A stretch of 64,000 nucleotides of DNA from Patescibacteria group bacterium (GTDB lineage: Bacteria > Patescibacteriota > CPR2 > UBA1875): positions 2,658-66,657 of the forward strand of contig JBGSRK010000011.1 in assembly GCA_041737595.1 (NCBI GenBank), in the 5' to 3' direction. The translations under genes were made by a program, and so were the position numbers. The notes beneath the pieces were generated by a model. It was not told where the DNA came from, ran no database searches, and saw only the letters and a list, made by a program, of their open reading frames with translations. Position 1 is the first letter of the stretch, and each line of letters starts with the position of its first letter. Shown here in pieces: positions 9,168 through 19,340 of the stretch.

Positions 9168-9542
9168 TTATTTTGCGTATTTATTTACTATTTTAATAAT
9201 GTCTTCGATTTTTAATTCTATCTTCATTAAAAATTCGACTGCACCTAGTTTTTTTGCTCTTTCACGATCATCTTCATTCCCCTTAGAATTAGTAAGAATA
9301 AGGACTGGAATATTTTTAGTGTCGTCAGAACTTTTAAGGGTTTTTAGCACGTCCCAACCTGTCATTCCTGGCATAGCAATATCAAGGAGTATAACAGACG
9401 GCTTTTCATTTTTTGCAATTTTTAAACCATCTTCACCACTGCCAGCAATTAAAGTTTGGTAACCATCATCATGTAGATGAAGAGAAAACATTTGAGTCAT
9501 AAAAGGTGAGTCATCAATTATTAATACTTTTTTCTTATTCAT
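9168..9542 (-). CDS. stand-alone response-regulator receiver (CheY-like REC) protein
   Basis: 124 aa. VLIIDDS (Asp pocket), LLDIAMPGMTGWDVL (phospho-acceptor Asp) and the conserved T/K positions are present. No output domain. Confidence 0.8.
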   Translation of the reverse strand: MNKKKVLIIDDSPFMTQMFSLHLHDDGYQTLIAGSGEDGLKIAKNEKPSVILLDIAMPGMTGWDVLKTLKSSDDTKNIPVLILTNSKGNEDDRERAKKLGAVEFLMKIELKIEDIIKIVNKYAK

Positions 9543-9717
9543 AATAAACTCATTATGTTATAATTTATGAAGTATTTCAAGAAAGATTTTATGAAATGTC
9601 AAAATTATTAACTGGTTTAGCTCAAACTAGTTTTAAATAGGTAAATAATATAGATATACTTTGAGATATCGGGGCTAAAATAGCTTAATTACAATTAGAA
9701 ATTGCAAGGAGAAAAAA

Positions 9718-11469
9718 ATGAATAAATTTGATATAGATACTATAAGACATTCCACATCACATATATTAGCGATGGCTGTTTTGGATATGTTTCCTGAAGC
9801 AAAACTTGCCATAGGCCCATCAATTGAAAATGGTTTTTACTATGATTTTGATTTACCTCGCACATTAATACCTGAGGATTTGCCACTACTTGAAAATAAA
9901 ATGAGAAAAATTCTCAAAAAGAATGAAAAATTTATAAAATCAGAAATGAAAATAGATGACGCTCTATTATTATTGAAAAAATCAGGAGAAATTTATAAGG
10001 CCGAATTAATATCAGATCTTAAAAAAGATGGTGCAAAAAAAGTTTCTTTTTATAAAACTGGTGATTTTTCTGACCTTTGCGCAGGTCCACATGTTGAATC
10101 GACGCAAAACCTTCAAAATATTGGATTTAAACTTACTACTGTTGCAGGCGCATACTGGAAAGGTAGCGAAAAAAATAAAATGCTCCAAAGAATCTACGGT
10201 GTGGCCTTTGAATCAAAAGCAAAACTAGAAGAATATCTTAATATGATGGAAGAGGCAAAAAAAAGAGACCATAGAAAACTCGGTCAAGACCTTGGAATTT
10301 TTATGATAGATGAAACGGTAGGAAAGGGTCTACCTCTTTGGTTACCAAAAGGTGCAATTTTACGCCAAACACTTGAAAGATTTATTGAAGATGAAGAAAC
10401 AAAAAGAGGTTATTTTAGAACGTATACACCCGTTATTGGTAATGTTCGGCTTTATAAAATGTCTGGGCATTGGGACCATTATAAAGATGATATGTACCCT
10501 GTAATGGATCTAGATGGTGAGGAATATGTGCTTCGCCCAATGACTTGTCCTCATCAATTTATGATTTATAAAAATGATTTAAAAAGCTATAAAGATCTTC
10601 CTATTAGGTACGCCGAACTTGCGGAAATGTATCGCAGAGAAAAATCAGGGGAATTATCTGGTCTTTCAAGAGTAATGGGGTTTACTCTAAATGATGCTCA
10701 TATTATTTGTACCTCGGATCAACTCGAGAAAGAATTTTTAGCTGTGCTTGATTTGATAAAATTCTCGCTTAAAAAATTGGGTCTTTCGGAAGATGTTTGG
10801 TATAAGGCCTCTTTAAGGGATAAATTAAAAACGAAATACTTAGATAACGAAAAGTTATGGGAAGAGTCTGAGAAGTCTTTAATTAAAATTCTCAAACAAG
10901 CCGGTATTAAATATGAAGTTGGTATTGGTGATGCTGCATTCTACGGTCCAAAAGCGGATATTCAAATAAAAAATTACTTAGGTAAGGAAGAAACAATAAT
11001 TACTGTTCAAATTGATTTAAATTCTGCCGACAGATTCGATATGAGTTATATTGATAAAAACGGCGAACGGAAGCGTCCAGTGATTATTCATCGTTCAGCA
11101 ATCGGATGTATAGAAAGAACAGTAGCGTTTCTTTTAGAAAAACACGCAGGTCATTTGCCTCTTTGGTTAGCACCTGTGCAAGTCTCAGTTATTACAGTTG
11201 GTCCTTCGGCAAAAAAATATTCAAAGGAATTATTCAAAAAATTACAGGATGAAAAAATAAGAGCAGAGCTTCGAGATGATAATGAAACAATTGGTAAAAA
11301 AATACGTGAGGCAGAGATGCAAAAAATACCTTACATGCTTGTTGTTGGTGATAAGGAGGTTGCTATAAAATCTGTTGCCGTAAGAAAACCAGGTGATAAA
11401 AAAATTGAAGTTATAAAATTTGATAAATTTTTAATTGATCTAAAAAAGAAAATAGAAGATAAAAAATAA
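9718..11469 (+). CDS. thrS: threonyl-tRNA synthetase (short form lacking the N-terminal TGS extension)
   Basis: 583 aa. Editing-domain HSTSHILAMAV, class II core (RPMTCPHQF, FYGPKADIQ) and a C-terminal anticodon-binding domain. AAGGAG Shine-Dalgarno. Confidence 0.9.
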   Translation: MNKFDIDTIRHSTSHILAMAVLDMFPEAKLAIGPSIENGFYYDFDLPRTLIPEDLPLLENKMRKILKKNEKFIKSEMKIDDALLLLKKSGEIYKAELISDLKKDGAKKVSFYKTGDFSDLCAGPHVESTQNLQNIGFKLTTVAGAYWKGSEKNKMLQRIYGVAFESKAKLEEYLNMMEEAKKRDHRKLGQDLGIFMIDETVGKGLPLWLPKGAILRQTLERFIEDEETKRGYFRTYTPVIGNVRLYKMSGHWDHYKDDMYPVMDLDGEEYVLRPMTCPHQFMIYKNDLKSYKDLPIRYAELAEMYRREKSGELSGLSRVMGFTLNDAHIICTSDQLEKEFLAVLDLIKFSLKKLGLSEDVWYKASLRDKLKTKYLDNEKLWEESEKSLIKILKQAGIKYEVGIGDAAFYGPKADIQIKNYLGKEETIITVQIDLNSADRFDMSYIDKNGERKRPVIIHRSAIGCIERTVAFLLEKHAGHLPLWLAPVQVSVITVGPSAKKYSKELFKKLQDEKIRAELRDDNETIGKKIREAEMQKIPYMLVVGDKEVAIKSVAVRKPGDKKIEVIKFDKFLIDLKKKIEDKK

Positions 11470-12599
11470 TGAACGAAGACCCAATAAAATTTCACAAAGA
11501 CTTGGTGGGTAAAATTGAAGTTAGGTCAAAAGCAAAACTCACAAACAAAAATCTCCATCTCGCATACACACCAGGGGTTGGCCGTGTATCCTCTGCTATC
11601 GCTAAAGATAAAAAATTAGTAGAAAAATATACAGGTAAATATAATAATGTTGCTATTGTTACTGATGGAACAGCTGTTTTAGGTCTTGGTAATATTGGGC
11701 CAGAGGCTGCTTTGCCAGTAATGGAAGGTAAGGCAGCAATTTTTTCTGATTTTGCTGGTGTTAATGCTACACCAATTTGTCTTTCGACCCAAGAACCCGA
11801 AGAAATAATAAAAACCGTAAAGGCAATCGCGCCTTCATTTGGTGGGATTAATCTTGAAGATATTGCTGCCCCCCAATGTTTTTATATTGAAAGAACTTTA
11901 TCTCGTGAACTCGATATCCCAGTTTTCCATGATGATCAACATGGGACAGCAATTGTGGTGCTTGCCGGTCTTATAAATGCTTTAAAAGTAGTAAAAAAAG
12001 ATAAAAATGTAAAAATTGTAATTTCCGGTGCAGGGGCAGCTGGTCTTTCTATTGCTGATCTTCTTTTTGAGGCAGGGTACAAAAATTTTTGCATATGCGA
12101 TTCAAAAGGAGTCATTTCAAAAGATAGAAAAGATATTAGAGGTGAAAAAAAGAAAATTGCTACTAAAGGGAAAATGAAATGTGTTGCAGGGACCTGTAGT
12201 GAAATGCTTTTTGAAACAGATGTGTTTATTGGAGTTTCAAAACCAAATTTATTAACTGCGGAAGATATCTCTAAAATGAATAAAAATCCGATTATTTTTG
12301 CTCTTGCTAACCCAGATCCAGAAATACTCCCAGATATAGCTAAATTAGGCGGTGCGAAGGTTATCGCTACGGGAAGAAGTGATTTTCCAAACCAGATAAA
12401 CAATGCTCTTGTTTTCCCTGGTATGTTCAGAGGGCTACTCGATGCAAGAATCAAAAAAGTAACACCTGAAATTAAAATTTCCGTATCAAAAGCGATTGCA
12501 AAATTAGTAAAAAAACCAACGGCAAAAAATATAATACCTTCTATTTTTAATAAAAAAGTAGTTACAGAAGTTGCAAAGGCTGTTAAACGATTCAAATAA
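11469..12599 (+). CDS. NAD(P)-dependent malic enzyme (small MaeB-type)
   Basis: AYTPGVGRVS...VTDGTAVLGLGNIGPEAALPVMEGKAAIF...SGAGAAG. Confidence 0.85.
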   Translation: MNEDPIKFHKDLVGKIEVRSKAKLTNKNLHLAYTPGVGRVSSAIAKDKKLVEKYTGKYNNVAIVTDGTAVLGLGNIGPEAALPVMEGKAAIFSDFAGVNATPICLSTQEPEEIIKTVKAIAPSFGGINLEDIAAPQCFYIERTLSRELDIPVFHDDQHGTAIVVLAGLINALKVVKKDKNVKIVISGAGAAGLSIADLLFEAGYKNFCICDSKGVISKDRKDIRGEKKKIATKGKMKCVAGTCSEMLFETDVFIGVSKPNLLTAEDISKMNKNPIIFALANPDPEILPDIAKLGGAKVIATGRSDFPNQINNALVFPGMFRGLLDARIKKVTPEIKISVSKAIAKLVKKPTAKNIIPSIFNKKVVTEVAKAVKRFK

Positions 12600-12644
12600 A
12601 CTTTTAGTTTATAAAAACATAATAATTTGTTAAAATAAGGCGCT

Positions 12645-13901
12645 ATGAAATATTTTATTTGGGTGCTGGGTTGTACGATGAATTATTCGGATGCGGAACG
12701 AATTGCTACGGTAATGAATCTTTTAGGTTACAAAAAAACAGAAGAAGAAAAAGAGGCAAATATAATCATTACAGTTGCTTGTAGTGTAAGACAGACTGCA
12801 ATAGACCGAATTTACGGAAAAACAAGAGATTGGAATAAAAAAAGGTTAAAAGATATTAAATTCAAAACTATACTTTCTGGTTGTGTACTGCCAAAAGATC
12901 AACTAAAAATGGAAAATTCATTTGATTTAATTTTTGATATTAATGAGATAGAAAAATTATCAAAATTTTTGAAACCTAAAAATGATATTAAAGGCCTTTC
13001 TGGAGAATACTTATCAATTTTACCCCAACATAAATCCAGTTTTAGAGCATTTGTCCCTATAATGACAGGATGCAATAATTTTTGCTCATATTGTGCAGTC
13101 CCATATACAAGAGGAAGAGAAAAATCTCGCCCTCAAAAGGAAGTAATTTTAGAGGTGAAAGATTTAATAAAAAGAGGATATACAGAAATTCATCTTCTCG
13201 GACAAAATGTAAATTCATATAAATATAATTTTTCCGAATTATTAAAAAAAATTGATTCTTTAGAGGGCGAATGGAGAGGATATTTTTATTCTAACCACCC
13301 TAAAGATTTTTCTGAAGAACTTTTGAATACAATTTCAAAATTAAATCATTTCCCGCACTATATTCACTTCCCACTCCAATCTGGAGATGACAATATATTA
13401 AAAAGTATGAACAGAAATTATACAAAAAAGATTTATCTTAATCTGATAAATAAAATAAGAAAATTAATGCCAGATGTGGTTATCACAACAGATATAATTG
13501 TTGGTTATCCAGGCGAAAACGAAAAAGAATTTAAACAAACTATAGAAGTTTCAATAAAATCAAAATTTGAAATGATTTTTATTGGTAAATATAGTCCAAG
13601 GCCGGGGGCTAAAAGTATAAAACTTCTTGATAATGTCTCGAATCTTGAGAAGAAGAAAAGAGAAAAAATATTAACAAAAGTCCTTGAAGAAAATTTAATC
13701 AAGGTTAATAAAAAATTTAAGAATAAATACCTAAGGATTCTGGTTGATGAAAAAAAGAACAATAAATATTATGGTCGGACAGAGGGATATAAAGTGGTTG
13801 AAATAAAAACCGACCAAGAATTAAATATTGGCCAGTTTTATGATGTTTTAATTATAGATACTAGTGCTTGGAAACTATTCGGAGAGCTTAGGGATATTTA
13901 A
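12645..13901 (+). CDS. MiaB/RimO-family radical-SAM methylthiotransferase
   Basis: UPF0004 N-domain, CNNFCSYC radical-SAM cluster motif and a TRAM-like C-terminus. Confidence 0.75.
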   Translation: MKYFIWVLGCTMNYSDAERIATVMNLLGYKKTEEEKEANIIITVACSVRQTAIDRIYGKTRDWNKKRLKDIKFKTILSGCVLPKDQLKMENSFDLIFDINEIEKLSKFLKPKNDIKGLSGEYLSILPQHKSSFRAFVPIMTGCNNFCSYCAVPYTRGREKSRPQKEVILEVKDLIKRGYTEIHLLGQNVNSYKYNFSELLKKIDSLEGEWRGYFYSNHPKDFSEELLNTISKLNHFPHYIHFPLQSGDDNILKSMNRNYTKKIYLNLINKIRKLMPDVVITTDIIVGYPGENEKEFKQTIEVSIKSKFEMIFIGKYSPRPGAKSIKLLDNVSNLEKKKREKILTKVLEENLIKVNKKFKNKYLRILVDEKKNNKYYGRTEGYKVVEIKTDQELNIGQFYDVLIIDTSAWKLFGELRDI

Positions 13902-14354
13902 ATTTTGGCCGTTATCTATCTCCCAGTCATTTCTCCCCTCAGTCCCTGTTATCCCAGGGTTTCTTTTTTCTACTTCAGCCATAAATGCATCCAAAGAAAA
14001 ACCATTTTCAGCATAAGGTAACTTGTGATAAATACCTATAACACTATCTCCTCCCTCAACATGATAATTTCTATCTGGGAGTAGTGAAAGTTCAACATTT
14101 TTATCGATATCTCCTGCATATTCAACCCCAATATCTCTTTTCACAGAATTTTCACCTTCACTATGTGCTATCCCGGCGACTATAGCACCAGATGCTGCAG
14201 TAAGCATTGCTGTTGCTGCTATCCTCCCGGCCTTTTGTTTTAAACTCAATTTTCTATTTTTTTCTTCATCTCTTTTAATTTTAGATTTCTTAGCGGACAT
14301 CTCCGCTTGTTCTCTTATTTCATTTGTTGATGGTCTATAGCCTGATTCTGACAT
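13875..14354 (-). CDS. membrane-anchored LysM-like domain protein
   Basis: 159 aa with an N-terminal TM (IAATAMLTAASGAIVAGIA) and a C-terminal LysM-like segment (YHVEGGDSVIGIYHKL...NLNIP). It overlaps the convergent 3' end of the radical-SAM gene by 27 nt. Confidence 0.4.
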   Translation of the reverse strand: MSESGYRPSTNEIREQAEMSAKKSKIKRDEEKNRKLSLKQKAGRIAATAMLTAASGAIVAGIAHSEGENSVKRDIGVEYAGDIDKNVELSLLPDRNYHVEGGDSVIGIYHKLPYAENGFSLDAFMAEVEKRNPGITGTEGRNDWEIDNGQNLNIPKLSE

Positions 14355-14399
14355 AAAATTCTCCTAAATTATCTTAAGTCAGAGTATAATATAGCTTAC

Positions 14400-15326
14400 G
14401 TGAAAAAGCCAATTATTGTTATTACAGGGCCTACTGCGAGCGGGAAAACTGCTCTTTCTTTAATTGTGGCGAAAAAATTTAAAGCAGAGATAATTTGTGC
14501 TGATTCAATGACAGTATTTCGCGGGATGGATATTGGGACCGATAAACCCACTACAAATAAAAAATTATTAAAAAGAAAAGATGGCAGTTATATTATTAAT
14601 GGAATATCACACCATCTCTTAGACGAATTAAATCCTGATCAGGAATTTAATGTTTCTATTTTTAAAGAACTTGCAGATGAAAAAATCAAAAATATACATA
14701 AAAGAGGCAATATACCAATATTAGTTGGTGGTTCAACAATGTACATTGACGCAACAGTTTATCAATATGAAATACCAAAAGTAAAACCAGATTTTGATCT
14801 TAGAAATGAGCTAGAAAAAAAATCAAATGAAGAACTTTTCTCAGAACTAGTTGAGCTTGACCCAGATTGTGAGTGGACAATTGATCGCCATAATAAAAGA
14901 AGAATTATAAGGGCTCTTGAGGTGATAAAAAAAACAGGTCAGCCATTTTGTGGGCAGAGAACTAAATCAATTTTACCCGATAATGTTTTATATTTAGCAG
15001 TGGAAAGAGATCGTTCGGAACTATATTTAGATATAAATCGCCGAGTAGATGAAATGATGAAGATAGGTTTTTTAAAGGAAGTAGAGAGCCTCTTTGTTAA
15101 ATATGATCATAATACTGCAATGCAAGCAGCTGGTTATAAACAGTTAACTAAATATTTAGATGGGACAATGGAGCTCGAAGAAGCTATAGAAAAAACTAAA
15201 CAAGTTCATCGTAATTATGCAAAAAGGCAAATGACATGGCTCAGAAGAAACAAAGATATTATTTGGGTTGATAATAATAAACACGCCGAAGAAGAAATAA
15301 AAAATTTTTTAAATAAAATTAAGTGA
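14400..15326 (+). CDS. miaA: tRNA dimethylallyltransferase
   Basis: IVITGPTASGKTALS P-loop and MiaA core. GTG start, TGA stop. Confidence 0.85.
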   Translation: MKKPIIVITGPTASGKTALSLIVAKKFKAEIICADSMTVFRGMDIGTDKPTTNKKLLKRKDGSYIINGISHHLLDELNPDQEFNVSIFKELADEKIKNIHKRGNIPILVGGSTMYIDATVYQYEIPKVKPDFDLRNELEKKSNEELFSELVELDPDCEWTIDRHNKRRIIRALEVIKKTGQPFCGQRTKSILPDNVLYLAVERDRSELYLDINRRVDEMMKIGFLKEVESLFVKYDHNTAMQAAGYKQLTKYLDGTMELEEAIEKTKQVHRNYAKRQMTWLRRNKDIIWVDNNKHAEEEIKNFLNKIK

Positions 15327-15360
15327 TTCCAACCAGGTGCTCATGTTATACTAAATTTAT

Positions 15361-16752
15361 ATGAAATTATTTGCGATATTAATCGGTAAATTTATTATTT
15401 TTGCGACAAGAATTACTCATATGGGGAGTGGCACAACATTACCCGGGCTTGTTGCACAAAAAATTGATAGGAATATTATAAGGAGTCTATCAGAAAAATT
15501 AAGATATGGGGCCATTATTGTTACAGGGACAAATGGCAAAACAACTTCTTCTAAAATGCTTGTCGAAATTTTATCTGAAGAGGGCTATACGGTTCTTCAT
15601 AACCCTTCTGGTTCAAACCTTACACGCGGAATCGCATCTGCCTTAATACAATCATCTAATATTATTGGGACAAATCTTGCTGCCGATATAGCAGTTTTTG
15701 AAGTTGATGAGGCAACAATGCCAGAGGCAACCACAAAAATAAGACCAAAAATAGTTGTAGTAAATAATCTTTTTCGTGACCAACTTGATCGTTATGGTGA
15801 ACTAGATAAAACCGCTTCAATAATTGGTAATTCTTTAAGAGGGTTTTCTAAGATGATTACCATACTAAATGCTGATGACCCATTAGTCTATTCACTTTCA
15901 AAATATGCCGAAGGGACTGTTAAATATTTTGGTCTTTCTGATAAAGATATAATTGCAAAATCTACAGCTGCTATGGATTCAAAAGATTGTACTGAATGTG
16001 GCCACGAACTAATTTATAAAAATAGACATTTCGGGCATTTAGGTGACTGGAAATGTAAAAATTGTGGGGTTGCTCGACCAAAACTTGATTATTATGCTGA
16101 AGATATTATTATAAGCCCCGAAAAATCAAATTTTAAAATAAAATTATCAAAGGAATTGCTACCCGTTGAGATACCGCTTCCAGGTCTTTATAACGTTTAT
16201 AATGCACTTTCAGCTGTAGCAACTTCAGATATTATTTCTTCAGGAGGGGCAGCAGTTTCTCACGCGTTAAGAAATTTCGCAGCGGCTTTTGGGAGAATGG
16301 AAACATTAGATATAGAAGGGAAAAAGGTAATGATTCTTCTTGTTAAAAACCCAACGGGAGCAAACCAATCCTTGGAAGCAATTTTTTCTGATGATAAACA
16401 GAAAAACATTTTATTTGCCCTAAATGATAATTTTGCAGATGGTACAGATGTTTCATGGATTTGGGATATTGATTTTGAATCATTTGATTTTTCCAAAACT
16501 AAAATTGTGGCCTCTGGTTTAAGAGCAGAAGATATGGCTTTAAGATTTAAATACGCTGGTCTTATTAAAAATCAATTTACAATTGAAAAAGATATAATAT
16601 TAGCCGTTAAAGAATTAATAGGTAAAAGCAAAGAGGGTGAAACTAGTTACATTTTTTCTACATATACTGCAATGATAGAAATTAGAAATACGTTTATCGA
16701 AAAAGATGATGTCCATTCAGAATTAGGTAAAGTAACAAAGCATGGAGTTTAA
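15361..16752 (+). CDS. murT: lipid II isoglutaminyl synthase subunit MurT (Mur-ligase fold)
   Basis: TGTNGKTTSS Mur-ligase P-loop, Cys4 zinc ribbon (CTECGHE...CKNCG) and a DUF1727-like C-terminus. The N-terminus is collinear with characterised MurT. Confidence 0.8.
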   Translation: MKLFAILIGKFIIFATRITHMGSGTTLPGLVAQKIDRNIIRSLSEKLRYGAIIVTGTNGKTTSSKMLVEILSEEGYTVLHNPSGSNLTRGIASALIQSSNIIGTNLAADIAVFEVDEATMPEATTKIRPKIVVVNNLFRDQLDRYGELDKTASIIGNSLRGFSKMITILNADDPLVYSLSKYAEGTVKYFGLSDKDIIAKSTAAMDSKDCTECGHELIYKNRHFGHLGDWKCKNCGVARPKLDYYAEDIIISPEKSNFKIKLSKELLPVEIPLPGLYNVYNALSAVATSDIISSGGAAVSHALRNFAAAFGRMETLDIEGKKVMILLVKNPTGANQSLEAIFSDDKQKNILFALNDNFADGTDVSWIWDIDFESFDFSKTKIVASGLRAEDMALRFKYAGLIKNQFTIEKDIILAVKELIGKSKEGETSYIFSTYTAMIEIRNTFIEKDDVHSELGKVTKHGV

Positions 16753-16795
16753 TAAAAATTTTAACTAATATTTATAAAAGGATATAAAGGAAAAA

Positions 16796-17593
16796 ATGAG
16801 CTATAAAATAAAACTATATCACCTTTACCCATATAATATGAATCTTTATGGTGATCTTGGGAATGTAATAGCAATAAAAAAAAGATGTGAATGGCGTGGC
16901 TTAGAATTTGAAATTGTAAATGTAAAAATTGGGGACAAGGTTGATTTTTCTGATGCCGACATAATATTCATGGGAGGTGGTCAGGATAAAGGTCAAAGTA
17001 TTGTATCATTTGATTTAATAAAAAGAGGTGCTCAAATACGAGACAGAATTGAGGATGGTTGTGTGGCCCTTACAATATGTGGTGGATTCCAATTATTTGG
17101 TAAAACATTTAAAACAAAAGATGGAGTAGAAATTAAGGGCATAGAAGTTTTTGACGTTGAAACAGTTGGAGGAGATAAAAGATTTATAGGGAATGTTGTA
17201 ATTGATATTGCAGACACTTCAACTGAATGGCAAAGCTTATATAAATATAAACAAATGGAAACACCATATACAACTCTAGTGGGGTTTGAGAATCACTCTG
17301 GTCTTACAAAGATTGGAAAGAATTCAAAACCACTTGGTTATGTTCTAAATGGATATGGGAATATGGGAGATGGAAGTTATGAAGGGGCAGTATATAAAAA
17401 TGCTTTTGGCACATATCTTCATGGATCATTATTACCTAAAAACCCTTGGTTTTGCGACCATTTAATTTCAATTGCTTTAATGAACAGATACGGGGTAGCA
17501 ATCCCACTTGATAAAATTGATGATGATTTAGAAATATCTGCTCATCAGGCAGCTATAGAACGAGCAAAAACAGCTAAAACTCTTAGTATATGA
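16796..17593 (+). CDS. gatD: lipid II isoglutaminyl synthase glutaminase subunit GatD (CobB/CobQ-type GATase)
   Basis: 265 aa with the catalytic Cys in LTICGGFQLFG and a His near the C-terminus. Immediately downstream of murT. Confidence 0.8.
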   Translation: MSYKIKLYHLYPYNMNLYGDLGNVIAIKKRCEWRGLEFEIVNVKIGDKVDFSDADIIFMGGGQDKGQSIVSFDLIKRGAQIRDRIEDGCVALTICGGFQLFGKTFKTKDGVEIKGIEVFDVETVGGDKRFIGNVVIDIADTSTEWQSLYKYKQMETPYTTLVGFENHSGLTKIGKNSKPLGYVLNGYGNMGDGSYEGAVYKNAFGTYLHGSLLPKNPWFCDHLISIALMNRYGVAIPLDKIDDDLEISAHQAAIERAKTAKTLSI

Positions 17594-18252
17594 AATACAT
17601 AAATAATGAGATTGGTAATATACCCTTGTTAATATCTGTCCCACATGGAGGATACTTATCGGGTGAAAATTTCAAAGATAGAGAAAAGGGATGTTTTGAA
17701 AAAGACAAAAACCTAATTTCTACATTTAAATCTATAAAAAAAGAATTTAATAAATTAGGGCTTGAACCATATTATGTTTATTCAAGAATAAAAAGAATAA
17801 AAGTTGATTTAAATAGAGATAAAAATGAGGTAATTAAACTAAAAAAAAATCTTTTACACTGGGAAGAATACCATGCTCTTATTTCAAAATATATTAATGA
17901 AATTGATAAAAAATACAATAAAGGTATATATATTGATTTGCATGGTCAATCAACAAGAGACTATTTAGAGATTGGATATGGTTCAAAAGAAATAATTAGT
18001 AAATATATTTCAAAAAAAAGTTTCGGCAGTATACTTGAGAAAAACGGGGTTAGTTGTTTTCCATCTTTTAAAAATAAAAAAGTAATTGGTAGGTATCGTG
18101 ATGGTGGTTTTTGTAACAGACGTTACAATAAAAATAATATTAAATCAGTGCAAATAGAGATTGATAAGAAGTGGCGAAAGGATAAAAAAAATAGAGAATT
18201 ATTCGCAGATAAGTTTACTAAATCACTCATAGCTTATTTAAATATTAGTTAG
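17590..18252 (+). CDS. N-formylglutamate amidohydrolase-family (FGase-like) zinc hydrolase
   Basis: SVPHGG, VDLNRD and IDLHGQS motifs resemble the FGase fold. ATGA overlap with the gatD stop. Confidence 0.45.
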   Translation: MKYINNEIGNIPLLISVPHGGYLSGENFKDREKGCFEKDKNLISTFKSIKKEFNKLGLEPYYVYSRIKRIKVDLNRDKNEVIKLKKNLLHWEEYHALISKYINEIDKKYNKGIYIDLHGQSTRDYLEIGYGSKEIISKYISKKSFGSILEKNGVSCFPSFKNKKVIGRYRDGGFCNRRYNKNNIKSVQIEIDKKWRKDKKNRELFADKFTKSLIAYLNIS

Positions 18253-18254
18253 TT

Positions 18255-18285
18255 ATTAAAAAAGAGCCAATTTATGGCTCTTTTA
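18255..18285. terminator. bidirectional terminator
   Basis: A6-agagcca-attt-atggctct-T4, placed between convergent genes. Confidence 0.6.
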
Positions 18286-18462
18286 TTTTGTTTTATTCAT
18301 TGTTTTGAAGCAATTTCCACAAATTCTTATTCTTTTTTCTCCGGGTGCTTCTCTAAAATATTGAAGATTTGGTAGCCATCTTCGCTTTGTTTTTAAATGC
18401 GAATGAGAAACAGCGTGACCTGCCATTGGTTTTTTACCACATTTATCGCAAACTCTACTCAT
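18283..18462 (-). CDS. rpmB: 50S ribosomal protein L28
   Basis: 59 aa: [59 protein letters not shown]. Absent from the ORF track because it is under 60 aa. Confidence 0.8.
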   Translation of the reverse strand: MSRVCDKCGKKPMAGHAVSHSHLKTKRRWLPNLQYFREAPGEKRIRICGNCFKTMNKTK

Positions 18463-18593
18463 TATAATTTTATATTCCTACGAATGTAGGAAACTTCCTT
18501 TTATGGATCCCTGAACAAGTCAGAAATGACATACTTATTGATTTATTACACCTAGAAATGTTAACATAACTTGAAGAAAAGTTCAATAATATT

Positions 18594-19199
18594 ATGCCAC
18601 AAGAAGTTACATCTACAATTATAATTATATTCTGTTTTTTAACAGCTATTACTGTACATGAATTTTCCCATGCCTGGGTAGCAAATTATTTAGGAGACGA
18701 TACAGCAAAAATGGCCGGGAGAATGACTTTAAATCCCATAAAACATATAGATTTATGGGGATTACTTGCGATTGTTCTTATTGGTATAGGTTGGGCAAAA
18801 CCAGTCCCTGTAAATTATCTTAAATTTAAAAATGCCAGGGTGGGTAACTTTTTAGTTTCACTCGCAGGGCCTTTTTCGAATTTTGTGTTAGCTTTGCTTT
18901 TTGCGGGTTTATATAAAGTATTGCCCGTAAAAGAAAGTCTATTTTCTTTAATGTTAATTTTAATGGTTCAAATAAATCTAATTTTAATGGTTTTAAACCT
19001 TTTACCTCTACCGCCACTAGATGGCTCAAAAGTTTTTTTATCAATACTACCACTAAAAAATTATCACGAAGCATTAATAAAAGTTGAATCAATGTTTGTT
19101 TTTTCAATTATCATTTTAATATTATTTGGAAGATTTCTTATTATTCCCGCAGCTTCTTTTTTAATGAACTTTATGGGAATCCCTCTAAATTACTATTAA
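18594..19199 (+). CDS. site-2 protease-family (peptidase M50) zinc metalloprotease
   Basis: HEFSHAW (HExxH) in a TM helix and LNLLPLPPLDG. Confidence 0.75.
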   Translation: MPQEVTSTIIIIFCFLTAITVHEFSHAWVANYLGDDTAKMAGRMTLNPIKHIDLWGLLAIVLIGIGWAKPVPVNYLKFKNARVGNFLVSLAGPFSNFVLALLFAGLYKVLPVKESLFSLMLILMVQINLILMVLNLLPLPPLDGSKVFLSILPLKNYHEALIKVESMFVFSIIILILFGRFLIIPAASFLMNFMGIPLNYY

Positions 19200-19340
19200 T
19201 TTCGCTTGTCATCTTTAATTTATAAATACTTTCATAAAGTGAAGTAGGAAAGTATTTATAAATATTTATTTTCTTGGTGATAACACAAATCATGTCAGTT
19301 AAACTGGCATTTTTTTATTTTGAGATTTATAATTTAATTA

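Noticed and set aside
11936-12595. 219-aa minus-strand ORF
   Set aside because: It is antisense within the well-supported malic enzyme gene.
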